Shown: positions 19,799 to 29,844 of the stretch, one piece after another | How the letters are laid out: every line of letters starts with the position of its first letter | Position numbering within the stretch: position 1 is the stretch's first letter | Assembly (NCBI GenBank): GCA_027306595.1 | Contig: DAHUZI010000111.1 | Coordinates: forward strand, 25,783 to 89,782 | DNA length: 64,000 bases | Direction: 5' to 3' | Origin: Candidatus Dormiibacterota bacterium | Lineage (GTDB): Bacteria > Chloroflexota > Dormibacteria > Aeolococcales > Bog-877 | The notes under the pieces: model-generated | What the model was told of the DNA's origin: nothing | Seen by the model: only the letters and a program-made list of their open reading frames with translations | The model's database searches: none | Translations under genes and position numbers: made by a program

Positions 19799-22044
19799 GG
19801 GGGCGGTGCCGCGACAGGGGGCTCGAGGTCGTCCATCCCTCGCAAAGCCCGTAATACCCGTTCCGCGGTGAAGGGAAGACGTCGCAGCCGGACTCCAGTT
19901 GCCGCGAAGATCGCATTGCCAATCGCGGGGGCCACTGCTGGGAGCGCCATCTCCCCAACCCCGTGGGGCTCCGCTTCAGGATCGTCGCTCTCCACCGACT
20001 GGCTCGACACCATTGGCACGTCCAAGATGGACGGGATCATGTACTCGGCCAGATTCGGGTTGGCGGGAACCCCATCCCTGTACACCACTTCCTCCATGAG
20101 CGCTTGCCCCAGACCGAAGATCACTGAACCCTGGTTCTGTTGCCTCACACGATGGGGACTGATTGCCCTTCCCGCATACGCCCCCCCATGACACCGGAGC
20201 ACCGTGACCCGACCCGTCTCGCGGTCGACTTCTACCTCCGCGGCCGCTGCCCCCTGATGCCAGTGGACAGTCGTGGTACCGTGAACGTCCAGCGGGTTCA
20301 TGGTCGATAGGCCACCTTCGGACTGATAGTGCCCCTCTCCCACAACGGGGGCGCCCACGCCTTCACGAATCTGCGCATAGGTGACCGGGAGGCCCTGACC
20401 CTCAACTAACACCGCTCCCCTGGCGTGAACGATTGACGCCTCTGGGACCCTGAGCTCCACCGCAGCCATCTGAGTCAGCTTAAGCCTCAAGTCCGCAGCG
20501 GCGGCAGCGATGGCAGCTCCCATGGACGCAGTCGTTCGACTCGAACTCGTCGACGAGTCGAAGGGAGTGACATCAGTATCGGGACGAGCGACCAGCATAC
20601 TCCCGTCCTCCATGTCTAGCGCAGCAGCCGCCATCCGAGCAAACGTCTCCCTAGCGCCCTGGCCAAGCTCGACTCCGCTGCACCATATGGTTACCCTCCC
20701 GTCGGGTTGGAGTTCCAGCCGCGCCTCTGAGCGGGATGGGGTGAGGGTCGTCTTGATGATGAGGGCGATGCCCTTGCCACGTGATCGGCCACGGCTTGAA
20801 GCGGGCTCGTTCTCGCCCCATTCGATGGCGCTGGCTGCCCCGTTCAGGAGCTGCTCATAATGTAGGTCGTGCAGCCGCTCCCCGGTAGCATAGACGTCGC
20901 CGTCGCAGAGTAGGTTTCTGCGTCGGATTGCTACAGGGTCCATTGATAGCGCGGCGGCGATCTCGTCCATCTGCGATTCGTAGGCAAATGCCAACTGTGA
21001 CGTCATCGCTCCACGAAATGGTCCAGTGGGCACCGTGTTGGTATATCGGGCCACCGATCTTGCCTCCACGTTAGCAATGCGGTAGGGCCCGGGGCTTCTC
21101 ACCAGCCCCTGCCCGGACGCATGGGGACTGGAGAGAGCGTAGGCTCCAGCGTTGTACACGACTTCGATGCGTCGAGCAACAAGGGTCCCGTCCCGCCTTG
21201 CGCCAGTTGAGAGGCGCACAGTGGCTGCGTGCTTGCCAATGGTCAGGAAGACCTCCTCTCGGTCCAACTCAATGCGCACCGGCCGGCTCGTCACTCGCGA
21301 CGCGAACGCCGCCATCGGCTCGATCAGCGTCTGGCCCTTTGCCCCGAAGGCGCCCCCCAGGTCGAAGGTCTCGACTCGCACCTGCCCCTCCGCCAGTCTG
21401 AAGATCGTCTCCAAATCCTGTCTCACGCGGTGCGGGGCCTGTGTCGTCGTTATAACGTGAAGTCGCTCGCCCTCCCATGCGGACACGCAACAGTGCGGCT
21501 CCATGGGCACGTGGCTCGCGGGTGGAGAGTAGTAGGTACCTTCTACCACGATGTCCGCTTCCCGCCAACCCGCACCCATGTCGCCGATGCGCATCGCCCA
21601 TTCCCCGCAGCCATTACCGGGCCACTCCCGATGCAGCTGCGGCGCGCTGGCCGTACCCGCTTCGACAGCATCCACCACGTGCGGCAGCACCTCATACTGA
21701 ACATCTACAAGTGACCGTGCCGCCTCGACCGCAGCGAGCGATGTGCCAACCACCAGCGCGACAGGTTCCCCTGCGTACCGGACTCTGTCATAGGCGAGGA
21801 TTGGCTGGTCGGACCGCAGTCGCCCGAACACCGGAGACTGCCGGCCGTCAGAAAGCACGTCGGCGCCAGCCAGCACCGCTACCACGCCAGGGACGCGGCC
21901 GGCCCGCTCAGCGTCAACAGCGACGATTCGCGCATGGGGGTAGGGGCTCCGGACAACCTTGGCCTCCAGCTGCCCAGGCACCCGGTGATTGCTCACGTAG
22001 GACATAGTTCCAGCCACCCGACTCCGCGCGTCCTCGGAAATCAC
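19795..22044 (-). CDS. molybdenum hydroxylase large (molybdopterin-binding) subunit, xanthine dehydrogenase/aldehyde oxidase family
   Basis: There is an Ald_Xan_dh_C-like N-terminus (..EDARSRVAGTMSYVSNHRVPGQLEAKVVRSPYPHARI), a GPFRGAM segment and a C-terminal GVGEMALPAVAPAIGNAI. GTG 22044 overlaps the FAD-subunit stop (GTGA). Confidence 0.9.
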   Translation of the reverse strand: MISEDARSRVAGTMSYVSNHRVPGQLEAKVVRSPYPHARIVAVDAERAGRVPGVVAVLAGADVLSDGRQSPVFGRLRSDQPILAYDRVRYAGEPVALVVGTSLAAVEAARSLVDVQYEVLPHVVDAVEAGTASAPQLHREWPGNGCGEWAMRIGDMGAGWREADIVVEGTYYSPPASHVPMEPHCCVSAWEGERLHVITTTQAPHRVRQDLETIFRLAEGQVRVETFDLGGAFGAKGQTLIEPMAAFASRVTSRPVRIELDREEVFLTIGKHAATVRLSTGARRDGTLVARRIEVVYNAGAYALSSPHASGQGLVRSPGPYRIANVEARSVARYTNTVPTGPFRGAMTSQLAFAYESQMDEIAAALSMDPVAIRRRNLLCDGDVYATGERLHDLHYEQLLNGAASAIEWGENEPASSRGRSRGKGIALIIKTTLTPSRSEARLELQPDGRVTIWCSGVELGQGARETFARMAAAALDMEDGSMLVARPDTDVTPFDSSTSSSRTTASMGAAIAAAAADLRLKLTQMAAVELRVPEASIVHARGAVLVEGQGLPVTYAQIREGVGAPVVGEGHYQSEGGLSTMNPLDVHGTTTVHWHQGAAAAEVEVDRETGRVTVLRCHGGAYAGRAISPHRVRQQNQGSVIFGLGQALMEEVVYRDGVPANPNLAEYMIPSILDVPMVSSQSVESDDPEAEPHGVGEMALPAVAPAIGNAIFAATGVRLRRLPFTAERVLRALRGMDDLEPPVAAPPP

Positions 22045-22940
22045 TGCGTGAGCCCGCTGAGAGCGCTGCGCACCATCACCTCGATAATCTGAGACCTGTA
22101 CCAACTTGAACCGCGTGCGTCGCCGATCGGTTTGATAGCCCGCGACGCTTCCGCAGCTATCGTCGCGATCACATCACCACCTAGTCTCGAGCCGATAACC
22201 GATTGGGTCACCGATGGCGACAGCCGCTGCGGTGTTGCAGCGACTGCTCCCACCACTACCTCTAAAGCTGATACCAGTCCGCTCGCGTTGAAGCAAGCGC
22301 TTGCCGCCACTCCGACGCAGGGCCTGTCCTCCGATGAGCGGCTCCGGAACTTCTGATAGACCGATCGACGGCCAGTAACAATCGGTATCTCCACCGAGGT
22401 CACGATCTCATCGGTTGCGAGCGTGGTGGTGTAGTAGTCCGCGAAGAAGTCTGCCGCGGGAATGTGACGTGGTGGTGCATCGGCCGTCTCAGCGCAGACC
22501 CTCGCTCCCAGGCTGACGAGCACCGCCGGCGGGTCGGAGGCGTAGTCGGCCTCGGCGACGTTGCCGCCGATCGTGGCCCGATTGCGCACTCGAACGTTGC
22601 CGACGTGGCCACATGCGTCCGCCAGCCCGGAGGCATACATGCGTGACTCCGCCCCCTCCGCGATGTCCTGCAGTGAAGTGAGCGCCCCAATCCGCAGCCA
22701 CTTGTCGACTAGGCTCATCCGCGCGAGACCTGGGATCTGACTCAGGCTGACCAGTATGCTGGGATCGATGAGCCGCTGCCGCAGCATCAGGACAACCGCT
22801 GTGCCCCCGGAAATGACCTTGCTGTCCGGCTCCGCTCGAAGGATGGCCGACGCTTCAGCGACAGTGGCCGGTTCAACAAACCTGAGCGGCATCGCGGTGT
22901 TAGTCAGTTCTGCCTCAGATAGTTCGAGCCGAGGCCCCAC
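22041..22940 (-). CDS. molybdenum hydroxylase FAD-binding medium subunit (CoxM-like)
   Basis: MPLRFVEPATVAEASAIL..VISGGTAVVLMLRQRL..ATIGGNVAEAD is an FAD_binding_5 pattern. The start is either GTG 22940 or ATG 22892. Confidence 0.85.
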   Translation of the reverse strand: MGPRLELSEAELTNTAMPLRFVEPATVAEASAILRAEPDSKVISGGTAVVLMLRQRLIDPSILVSLSQIPGLARMSLVDKWLRIGALTSLQDIAEGAESRMYASGLADACGHVGNVRVRNRATIGGNVAEADYASDPPAVLVSLGARVCAETADAPPRHIPAADFFADYYTTTLATDEIVTSVEIPIVTGRRSVYQKFRSRSSEDRPCVGVAASACFNASGLVSALEVVVGAVAATPQRLSPSVTQSVIGSRLGGDVIATIAAEASRAIKPIGDARGSSWYRSQIIEVMVRSALSGLTQ

Positions 22941-22951
22941 CGGTCCTCATG

Positions 22952-23734
22952 TCATCTGCCCGCCGCGATGGGGTTGCTCAGTCGCCCAATCCCCTCGATG
23001 TCCACGGTCACCACATCTCCATCGGCGAGAGGGGCGGCGCCTGGTGGGGTTCCAGTCAGAATCACATCACCCGGGTAGAGTGTGAGCGAGGCCGATATGA
23101 AGCCGAGAAGGGCGGGAATATCGAAGACCATGTCGGCGGTGGAGCCGTCCTGTCGGACCTCGGCGTTGACCGTGGTGCGTAGCCGCAGCTTTCCCGGCTC
23201 GCGCAAATCCGTTTCGATCCACGGACCGATTGGGCAGAAGGTATCGGCGCTCTTCGCACGCGCCCACTGCACGGTTGGATCCTGCCAGTCGAGGGCTGTC
23301 ACATCATTCCCACACGTGTAGCCTAGCACGTAGTCGCGCCAGTCCTCGACCGGATTCATCGCCGAGGCCCCGGGCTGAGCCAGCGTCCGTCCCATCACCA
23401 CGGTCAACTCGCCTTCGTACACCAGCCGTTCGACTCCGTGGGGGCGGAGAATCGCCTCTCCTGGCCCGACGACCGCGTTCGGCGCCTTCAGGAACGTGAA
23501 GGGCTGAGTGGGCGGAGTTGCCCCGCGGGACGCGAGGAGGGCATGATAGTTCCGCCCCACACAGACCGCCTTTGTCGGCTCGCACGGGGCGAGTAGGCGC
23601 AGCCCGTCGACGAGTCCGACCTCTCCCCCTACCTTCGGTTGCTCGTATACGGAACCGACCAGCTTGCGCACGACACCATCCTCAACGGCGCCGTAGGCGG
23701 GACCTGCAGGGCTCTGATATCGCACTATTCGCAT
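22952..23734 (-). CDS. fumarylacetoacetate hydrolase (FAH) family protein, intact
   Basis: VCVGRNYHAL..YEGELTVVMGR..GNDVTALDWQDPTVQWARAKSADTFCPIGP..PGDVILTGTPPG is present. ACGGAGCG precedes ATG 23734. Confidence 0.88.
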   Translation of the reverse strand: MRIVRYQSPAGPAYGAVEDGVVRKLVGSVYEQPKVGGEVGLVDGLRLLAPCEPTKAVCVGRNYHALLASRGATPPTQPFTFLKAPNAVVGPGEAILRPHGVERLVYEGELTVVMGRTLAQPGASAMNPVEDWRDYVLGYTCGNDVTALDWQDPTVQWARAKSADTFCPIGPWIETDLREPGKLRLRTTVNAEVRQDGSTADMVFDIPALLGFISASLTLYPGDVILTGTPPGAAPLADGDVVTVDIEGIGRLSNPIAAGR

Positions 23735-23803
23735 GATTCGCTCCGTGTGGGTCCCAGTCCGCTCCACGAGTGGAGCCGACGGCGCTTCAGCTGGCCGACG
23801 CGG

Positions 23804-24553
23804 CTAGGCATGGGCTGGGGCACCTCCCAGGAACGACTCGACGAAATCAGCGCGGCCGGAGAGGTCAGCCGAGCGCCCGTGCGTTCGACACTGGCCCCCT
23901 CCCATGACATAGGTCCAACTCGAGATCTCGAGGGCCGAGCGAGCCCGCTGTTCCACCAGGAGAACTCCGGCCCCAGTGCTGGCAAGTCTGGCTATTTGAT
24001 CGTGTAGCAGCGTGTGGGCGATGGCGGGGGCGAGGTTGGCTGTCGGCTCGTCGAGCACAAATAGCTGCGGCTGGAGCATCAGTACCCGGCCCATCGCCAC
24101 CATCTTGCGCTCGCCGCCGCTCAGTTTCTCAGCTCGGCGACCAAGCAGGCGGCCGAGGGCGGGGAACACGCTCACCACGCGCTCGACGCGCCCGGCCACC
24201 TCACGCGGGGCGAGGAGATATCCGCCCATTTCGAGGTTCTCACGGACCGTCAGTGGGCCAAAGACGTCGTCGACCTGAGGAACGTATCCCACCCCCGCAC
24301 GTGCAACGTCCTCCGTGGCCCAGTTGGTGATATCCCGGTCGCCAAGAGCAACCCGGCCGCTCAGGACCCGAATCACCCCGACCAGGCTCTTCAGCAGGGT
24401 GCTCTTGCCGGAGCCGTTCGGTCCCACGACCGACACCACCTCACCAGCGGCAACCTGAAGGGAGACGTCAGTTATTACCGGAGCCCCGCCGTAGCCGGCG
24501 GCGACCGCCTCGGCAATGAGGATTGGCTTTGGACGCTGCGGCTCGCTATCCAA
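23804..24553 (-). CDS. ABC transporter ATP-binding protein (LivF-like)
   Basis: Walker A GPNGSGKST and signature LSGGERKMV are present. TTG 24553 overlaps the TAG stop of the upstream ATPase gene by 8 nt. Confidence 0.88.
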   Translation of the reverse strand: MDSEPQRPKPILIAEAVAAGYGGAPVITDVSLQVAAGEVVSVVGPNGSGKSTLLKSLVGVIRVLSGRVALGDRDITNWATEDVARAGVGYVPQVDDVFGPLTVRENLEMGGYLLAPREVAGRVERVVSVFPALGRLLGRRAEKLSGGERKMVAMGRVLMLQPQLFVLDEPTANLAPAIAHTLLHDQIARLASTGAGVLLVEQRARSALEISSWTYVMGGGQCRTHGRSADLSGRADFVESFLGGAPAHA

Positions 24554-25385
24554 CGAGGTAGGCCTCCACGACCTCGGGCCGTTGGCGCAGATCGGACATT
24601 GTTCCCTGGGACAAGATTCGCCCCTCAGCCATGACCACCACCGGATCACACAGTTGATCGACGATGCTCAGTTCGTGCTCCACCATGACGATCGTCACGC
24701 CCTCGTCCCGTAGGCGAAGCAGATGATCGCCGATCTCGATGGCCAGGCGGGGGTGCACGCCTGCCATCGGCTCGTCTAGGAGCAGCACCCGCGGGCGTGC
24801 CATGAGTGCACGCATGATCTCCACCAGCCGCCGCTGCCCGCCGCTGAGATCGCCCGCGTAGGTGTCCGCGTGGTGGGTGAGTCGGCACTCCTCCAAGAGC
24901 TGACCGGCCCTGGCCAGCTGCTCCTGCTGGAACCGACGCCACTGGGGGCGACGGAATACTGCGCCGGCGAGCGAGTCGCCTGGATCACCCGGAACAGCGG
25001 TAAGGAGATTCTCGAGAACTGTGAGGCGCTTGAACTCACTCGAGAGCTGAAACGTCCTCACGAGGCCCTGGCGCGCGCGCTGGTATGTCAGGGTCTTCGT
25101 AATGTCCTCGCCCCTGTATTGGACCATCCCCGACGTGGGCGACACCGTTCCAGCCAACATGCCGAGCATGGTGGACTTTCCCGCCCCATTCGGTCCGATC
25201 AGACCGGTCAGACGGCCCCGAGCGAACTGGACCGACACCCCATCGACGGCGTTAAGGCCTTGGTACGTGCGCCGCAGTTCACGCGCCTCGAGGATCGCGT
25301 CCTGGCCGGCGGAATCACGCCCGTCCGATGTTATGTGGCTTCCGTTACTGGCCACGTGCGGGCCCCGTCGCCAGTTCGGCAGCAC
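24546..25385 (-). CDS. ABC transporter ATP-binding protein (LivG-like)
   Basis: Walker A GPNGAGKST, LSGGQRRLVEI and LLLDEPMAG are present. The start is ATG 25385 or GTG 25355; both overlap the end of the permease gene. Confidence 0.88.
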   Translation of the reverse strand: MLPNWRRGPHVASNGSHITSDGRDSAGQDAILEARELRRTYQGLNAVDGVSVQFARGRLTGLIGPNGAGKSTMLGMLAGTVSPTSGMVQYRGEDITKTLTYQRARQGLVRTFQLSSEFKRLTVLENLLTAVPGDPGDSLAGAVFRRPQWRRFQQEQLARAGQLLEECRLTHHADTYAGDLSGGQRRLVEIMRALMARPRVLLLDEPMAGVHPRLAIEIGDHLLRLRDEGVTIVMVEHELSIVDQLCDPVVVMAEGRILSQGTMSDLRQRPEVVEAYLVG

Positions 25386-26373
25386 CGGAGACAGCAGCTG
25401 CGGCCTGTGCTGGAAGACTCCTGGCCAGCCGGTGCCGGCGCTCGGGAATGACCCCCTGCGGCCGGAACCAGAGGAAGACCAATATCAACAGCCCGGTGAC
25501 GATCCATTCGAGGGCGGGGACGAGACCAGCCGGGCCAAACGCGGGGATGAACCGGGTCGCTTCCAGGAACCCAAGGGGGACCAGCGCAGCGCCGAGGATA
25601 GCGCCGTAGTGGTTGCCCCGCCCGCCGATGATCACCGCCGCGATGAGGACGATCGTTTCCGGATAGGTCCACGCCGATGGCGCCCACAAGTTGATGAACC
25701 CCACCAGGATCGCACCGCTCAGTCCCGCCACCGCGCCTCCGGTGATGAGAACTGTCATCCGCATCCGGTCTGTGTTCTTGCCGACCGCCTTCGCAGCTGT
25801 CTCGTCCTCTCGCATCGCCCTCAGCGAGCGGCCATAGGGAGACTCGGTGATCAGCCTGATGACCAGAAGGACGACGATGCACATGAACAGAGCGATCCCG
25901 CTGTACATCCACTGCCACTTGAGCGATTGGGGGTTGAAGAGGTTGCCAAGCGGAGACGGCACCAGTGCCACTCCCGCGGCACCGTTGAACAGGGGAACGA
26001 AGTTGTCCACGACCGTGTTCAGAATCACCGCAGTCACCAGCATCGACACACCTGCGAAGTCCGGGCGCAGGCTCCGCCGGACGACGAGTCCGGCGGGGAT
26101 GGCGAGCAGCCCACCCGCCACGGCCCCCCCAATCCAGGGCAGGGGGAACGCGAGGTGCAGACCTAGGACGTAGGTCTGGAATCCCCCGTTCGCGGTGTCA
26201 CGGGGGAGCGAGAGGACAGCCGCCACGTACGCCCCGGCGGCCTGGTAGATGATAAAGCCAAAGTTCGTGATCCCGGCCGTTCCGAACTGCAGGCTGAGGC
26301 CAAGACAGGCCACGACGTCAACCCCGCCGTACACCAGCAGGGTGGTGATGTAGAAGATCGTCCCACTTGACAT
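25345..26373 (-). CDS. branched-chain-amino-acid-type ABC permease (LivM-like)
   Basis: This is a polytopic hydrophobic protein of the BPD_transp_2 type (..NFGFIIYQAAGAYVAA..GGRGNHYGAILGA..). Confidence 0.85.
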   Translation of the reverse strand: MSSGTIFYITTLLVYGGVDVVACLGLSLQFGTAGITNFGFIIYQAAGAYVAAVLSLPRDTANGGFQTYVLGLHLAFPLPWIGGAVAGGLLAIPAGLVVRRSLRPDFAGVSMLVTAVILNTVVDNFVPLFNGAAGVALVPSPLGNLFNPQSLKWQWMYSGIALFMCIVVLLVIRLITESPYGRSLRAMREDETAAKAVGKNTDRMRMTVLITGGAVAGLSGAILVGFINLWAPSAWTYPETIVLIAAVIIGGRGNHYGAILGAALVPLGFLEATRFIPAFGPAGLVPALEWIVTGLLILVFLWFRPQGVIPERRHRLARSLPAQAAAAVSGAAELATGPARGQ

Positions 26374-26381
26374 GCTCGCCC

Positions 26382-27251
26382 CTAGACTGTAGCCCGAGCG
26401 ATCAGGCCTTGCGGCCTGAGCGCCATCACGCCAAGCAGGATGATGAAGGCGATCACCTCCTTGTAGTCAGGGGTAATGAATGCCGCGCTGACCTCGGTCA
26501 CGAGGCCGAGCAGCAGGGCCCCCAGCATGGCCCCATACGGCTGCCCGACCCCGCCGACGAACACGGACGCGATGATCACCACAAGGAATAGCTCGGCGCT
26601 GCTGGACCCGAACGATCCAGAATTCATGGCGAAGGCTGCGCCGCTGATCCCGCACAGAGCACCCGTGATCAGCCAGGTGCTGGCAATGACCCGCTCGGTG
26701 CGGATCCCCGATGCGCGCGCCAGCCCTGCGTTGCATGAGGTTGCCCGCATGGCCTTGCCCAGGCGGGTCAGTCGGAGGAGGGCATGGATCGCGCCAGCGA
26801 TGATGAGGCTAAGGGCGATCATGCCAATCTGAAGGGCGGTGAGCTCGAACGCGCCCACAGCCAGGGTGGGCCCACTGTTCATCGCATAGGAGACGTTGTT
26901 GGGCCCGGCCACAGCCAGTACCAGGTTCTCCAGGATGAGTCCGAGGGCCAGTGTAACGATGACCATCCCGATCGGGCTCGTGTTGCGCCGCTTGAATGGC
27001 GTAAGCACGAATCGATTGATCAGGTAGGAAATGATCGCGCCCGCAACTCCGGCTACCAACACTCCGATCCAGATGTTCACCCCGGCGTTGTTCACAACGT
27101 ATGCGATGAACGCGCTTGCGATCATCACCCCGCCAAACGAAAGGTTGAGCACATCCGTGATCCCGAACTGCATGGTGAAGGCGACCGAAGCGATCGCCAG
27201 CACCGACGCGGTTACAAGCCCGAAGCCGACTGACGCGATGACGATGTCCAT
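26382..27251 (-). CDS. branched-chain-amino-acid-type ABC permease (LivH-like)
   Basis: MDIVIASVGFGLVTASVLAIASVAFTMQFGITDVLNLSFG.. is the typical LivH N-terminus. ATG 27251 is preferred over the track start 27326. Confidence 0.85.
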   Translation of the reverse strand: MDIVIASVGFGLVTASVLAIASVAFTMQFGITDVLNLSFGGVMIASAFIAYVVNNAGVNIWIGVLVAGVAGAIISYLINRFVLTPFKRRNTSPIGMVIVTLALGLILENLVLAVAGPNNVSYAMNSGPTLAVGAFELTALQIGMIALSLIIAGAIHALLRLTRLGKAMRATSCNAGLARASGIRTERVIASTWLITGALCGISGAAFAMNSGSFGSSSAELFLVVIIASVFVGGVGQPYGAMLGALLLGLVTEVSAAFITPDYKEVIAFIILLGVMALRPQGLIARATV

Positions 27252-27282
27252 GGAGTTGCCCGTTACGCTCCGATAGGCCTTG

Positions 27283-28686
27283 CTACTTCTCGGCTGCCGA
27301 CACTTCGCTGGCCGGGAGCGACCCAACTACGACCACCTTTCCGTTGGGGCCGTACTTGTCGATCTGGAAGTCCACTTGGGAGTTGTTGTACTTGTTGAAG
27401 TGGGTGGCCCCGCCAGGGCCGACGTAGTGAATCTTCTTGCCGGCGTTGAGTGCCTTCAGGCCCTGGGCGAACGAGGTCACGGTGACCGCGCCGGGCACGC
27501 CATTCGCAATCGGCTTGATGTAGCTGCGATAGACCGAGGCCTTGGTGCTGTGAGCTTCGATCATGGCCAGAACGGACATGGTGACTGCGTCGTAGAAGTG
27601 GAACGTCTGCGGATGGTCGAGATAGCCGGTCCAGGGAGCCCATGTGATCTTCTTGCGGATCGCGATCAGGTTGTGCTTGAACACGGCGTAGCTCGGTCCG
27701 GTCGTCGTGATGCCGAGTGCGTCGGCATAGTAGTTGGACTGCAGGGTGGAAGCCCCAACCGCCTTGGCGACAGCGCTGTACCAGCTGGGGTCGATCGTTG
27801 CCGACGTTCCGATCACGGGGATCATCTTCCCCTTGTTGAGTTGCTTGAGCTCAGACAGGAACGTGGCGTCGGCTGGCCCGAGCGCCTCGGTGAGCACCAC
27901 CTGGGGGTGCGAGGCCGCAACAGCGTCGGCCTCAGTGCGGAATGTGCTGTCGCTTAGGTTGAGCACCTGGTTGGTGGTCAGCTTCATATGGAAGGCCTTG
28001 ACCGCCTGCTCCGCCGGCTGCACGAAGGCCTGGGAGCCGATGTCGTTGCCGAAGGCAAACGCAATGCGGTTCCAGTGGAAGCGGAAATGGGCTGTCGCCA
28101 CCATCGCGTAGGCGCTGTAGGCATCGGGCGGGGTCAGCCGGAAGAAGTACTTGAATGGGCTCTTGTCGAATTCCGACTGCCCGGTGCCGCTGAAGACGAC
28201 CATGTGGTTGGCGTTGATGATGGGTACCACAGCCGCTGCCTCGTCGGAGGTCGGCCCGATCACCAAGACCAGGTTCGGCGTGCTGGCGAACATCTGCCGC
28301 GCCGCCGGCACCGCGTCCGCGGGGTCGCCCCGCGTGTCGAACTGCTTGCACTGCAGCGGATGCCCCATCACCCCGCCGTCGTTGTTGATGGCGTTGGTGG
28401 CCGTGTAGCAGCCGGCGAGGAATCCGGGGCCAAGGACCGCGTCCACTCCCGTGAAGGGCGCTAGGTCGGCAATGACCAGCGGGCTGCCCTTGGCTACATG
28501 CGAGGCGGCCGCGACGCCGGTCGCGCCCCAAGCAGCGGCGGTGAGGGCCAAGATCGAGGCTAGGCCAACGATTCCGCGCACGAGCCGGGACCGGTGGGAT
28601 CGCGGCTCTGACTCGCCATCCTGGCCCAACGCGGTGCGCCACTGCGATCGCAGTGCCCCCGCAGGACGTCGCCTGTCGTCGTGCAT
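27283..28686 (-). CDS. periplasmic solute-binding protein of the Liv-type transporter (Peripla_BP_6 class)
   Basis: A hydrophobic signal/anchor (RGIVGLASILALTAAAWGATGVAAA) is followed by a type-1 PBP-like body. ATG 28686 starts 2 nt after the stop of the upstream FAH-like gene. Confidence 0.85.
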   Translation of the reverse strand: MHDDRRRPAGALRSQWRTALGQDGESEPRSHRSRLVRGIVGLASILALTAAAWGATGVAAASHVAKGSPLVIADLAPFTGVDAVLGPGFLAGCYTATNAINNDGGVMGHPLQCKQFDTRGDPADAVPAARQMFASTPNLVLVIGPTSDEAAAVVPIINANHMVVFSGTGQSEFDKSPFKYFFRLTPPDAYSAYAMVATAHFRFHWNRIAFAFGNDIGSQAFVQPAEQAVKAFHMKLTTNQVLNLSDSTFRTEADAVAASHPQVVLTEALGPADATFLSELKQLNKGKMIPVIGTSATIDPSWYSAVAKAVGASTLQSNYYADALGITTTGPSYAVFKHNLIAIRKKITWAPWTGYLDHPQTFHFYDAVTMSVLAMIEAHSTKASVYRSYIKPIANGVPGAVTVTSFAQGLKALNAGKKIHYVGPGGATHFNKYNNSQVDFQIDKYGPNGKVVVVGSLPASEVSAAEK

Positions 28687-28688
28687 CC

Positions 28689-29624
28689 TCACACCCTCCC
28701 TGGCGTCGCACTGCTGTGCGACTCTGTCTGCGGCGGTCTCTTCGTCAGTGGCTTCCATGGCCACGACGATGGTTGGAAACTGTCGAGGACGATGCGATTG
28801 CGGATCGCCCCCACGCCTGCGATGGTCACCTCAACCACGTCGCCGTCCTTCAAATAAACAGGAGGAGTGCGGGCGAAGCCAACCCCTCCGGGCGTGCCGG
28901 TCGCGATGACATCTCCGGGGCGGAGGGTGGTGAAGGACGAGACGTACTCGATGATGGCGGGAATGTCGAAGATGAGCAGTGAGGTCCGCGCCGACTGCAT
29001 CACCGTGCCATTGAGGTGCGTCTCCAGGAGTACATCCGAGGGGTCCACCTCGTCAGGCGTCACGAGCTCCGGCCCGATGGGCATCGTGCGGTCGAAGTTC
29101 TTGCCCGGCGTCTACTGGCTGCCGGCTCGCTGCCAGTCCCGGGCGGAGTAGTCGTTACAGACCAGGTAGCCTGCGATCAGCGACATCGCCTGGTTTGCCG
29201 GTACATGTCGACCCGTGCGCCCGATCACAATTCCGAGTTCGCCCTCGTAGTCGAACTGGTCGGTGAGCGCCGGCAGGGCGACCTCGGCGAACGGGGCGGT
29301 GAGCGACTCCGTGACCCGCAGGAAGGTCTCAGGCCAGGTCGGGGGCGGACTGCCACCCTCTAGGGCATGCTCCAGGTAGTTGCGTCCGATGCAGATCACC
29401 TTGCCTGGGTCTGGGACCGTGGCGGCGAAGATCGCCGCATCGGGCGATACCGCTGGTCCGGCCACGCCCTGGAGCTTGGCGAGCGCCTCAGGACCGGCCT
29501 CCAGCAGGGTCCGAAGGGATCGAAGGCGCTCGTCGCCGAGCGCCGCGGCGACGTCCACATAGCCGGCTGGAGTTCGCACGTGGGCACGCGGCCCGGCGAC
29601 CGTGGCGATCGTAGCCAGTCTCAT
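28689..29624 (-). pseudogene. FAH-family gene interrupted by a single in-frame TAG (29112-29114)
   Basis: Track ORFs 29112..30056 and 28689..29084 are in the same frame. Read through, the sequence is ..NDYSARDWQRAGSQ*TPGKNFDRTMPIGPELVT... ATG 29624 gives MRLATIATVAG... Both halves carry FAH motifs (ICIGRNY, YEGELGIVIGR, PGDVIATGTPGGVG). Confidence 0.75.
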
Positions 29625-29844
29625 CCCATCCCCCTTCGGGCGCCGACCAACGGCGTGGCCGAGACAATACGGGAGCGGAGGTAGACCGGTCAAGATCTTG
29701 GCCGGAATCGAGCGCACCGAAGGGGACCGGAGGACCGTCGAGTTCCCGCGCCAGCCCGCCCATCGGGTGGGAGAGGGTTTCAATGCCGACGATTGGTTCA
29801 ACCATTGCCGGCGCGATGGTCGTCCGCGGCTGGCGCGCCGATCC

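Noticed and set aside
19235-22940. Calling the three-subunit molybdenum enzyme an aerobic carbon monoxide dehydrogenase (CoxMLS), given the nearby coxG-like gene.
   Set aside because: The large subunit shows GPFRGAM at the position where, as I recall, form I CODH has AYxCSFR and form II has AYRGAGR. I saw no CSFR-type active-site loop. The generic xanthine dehydrogenase/aldehyde oxidase family call is all the sequence supports.
29112-29114. Interpreting the in-frame TAG in the FAH gene as pyrrolysine or another programmed recoding event.
   Set aside because: No pyl genes or suppressor tRNA are visible in the window. The codon aligns with a conserved Trp (TGG), so a simple G-to-A nonsense change or a base-call error is the more economical reading. 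Recoding is left only as a remote possibility in the finding.
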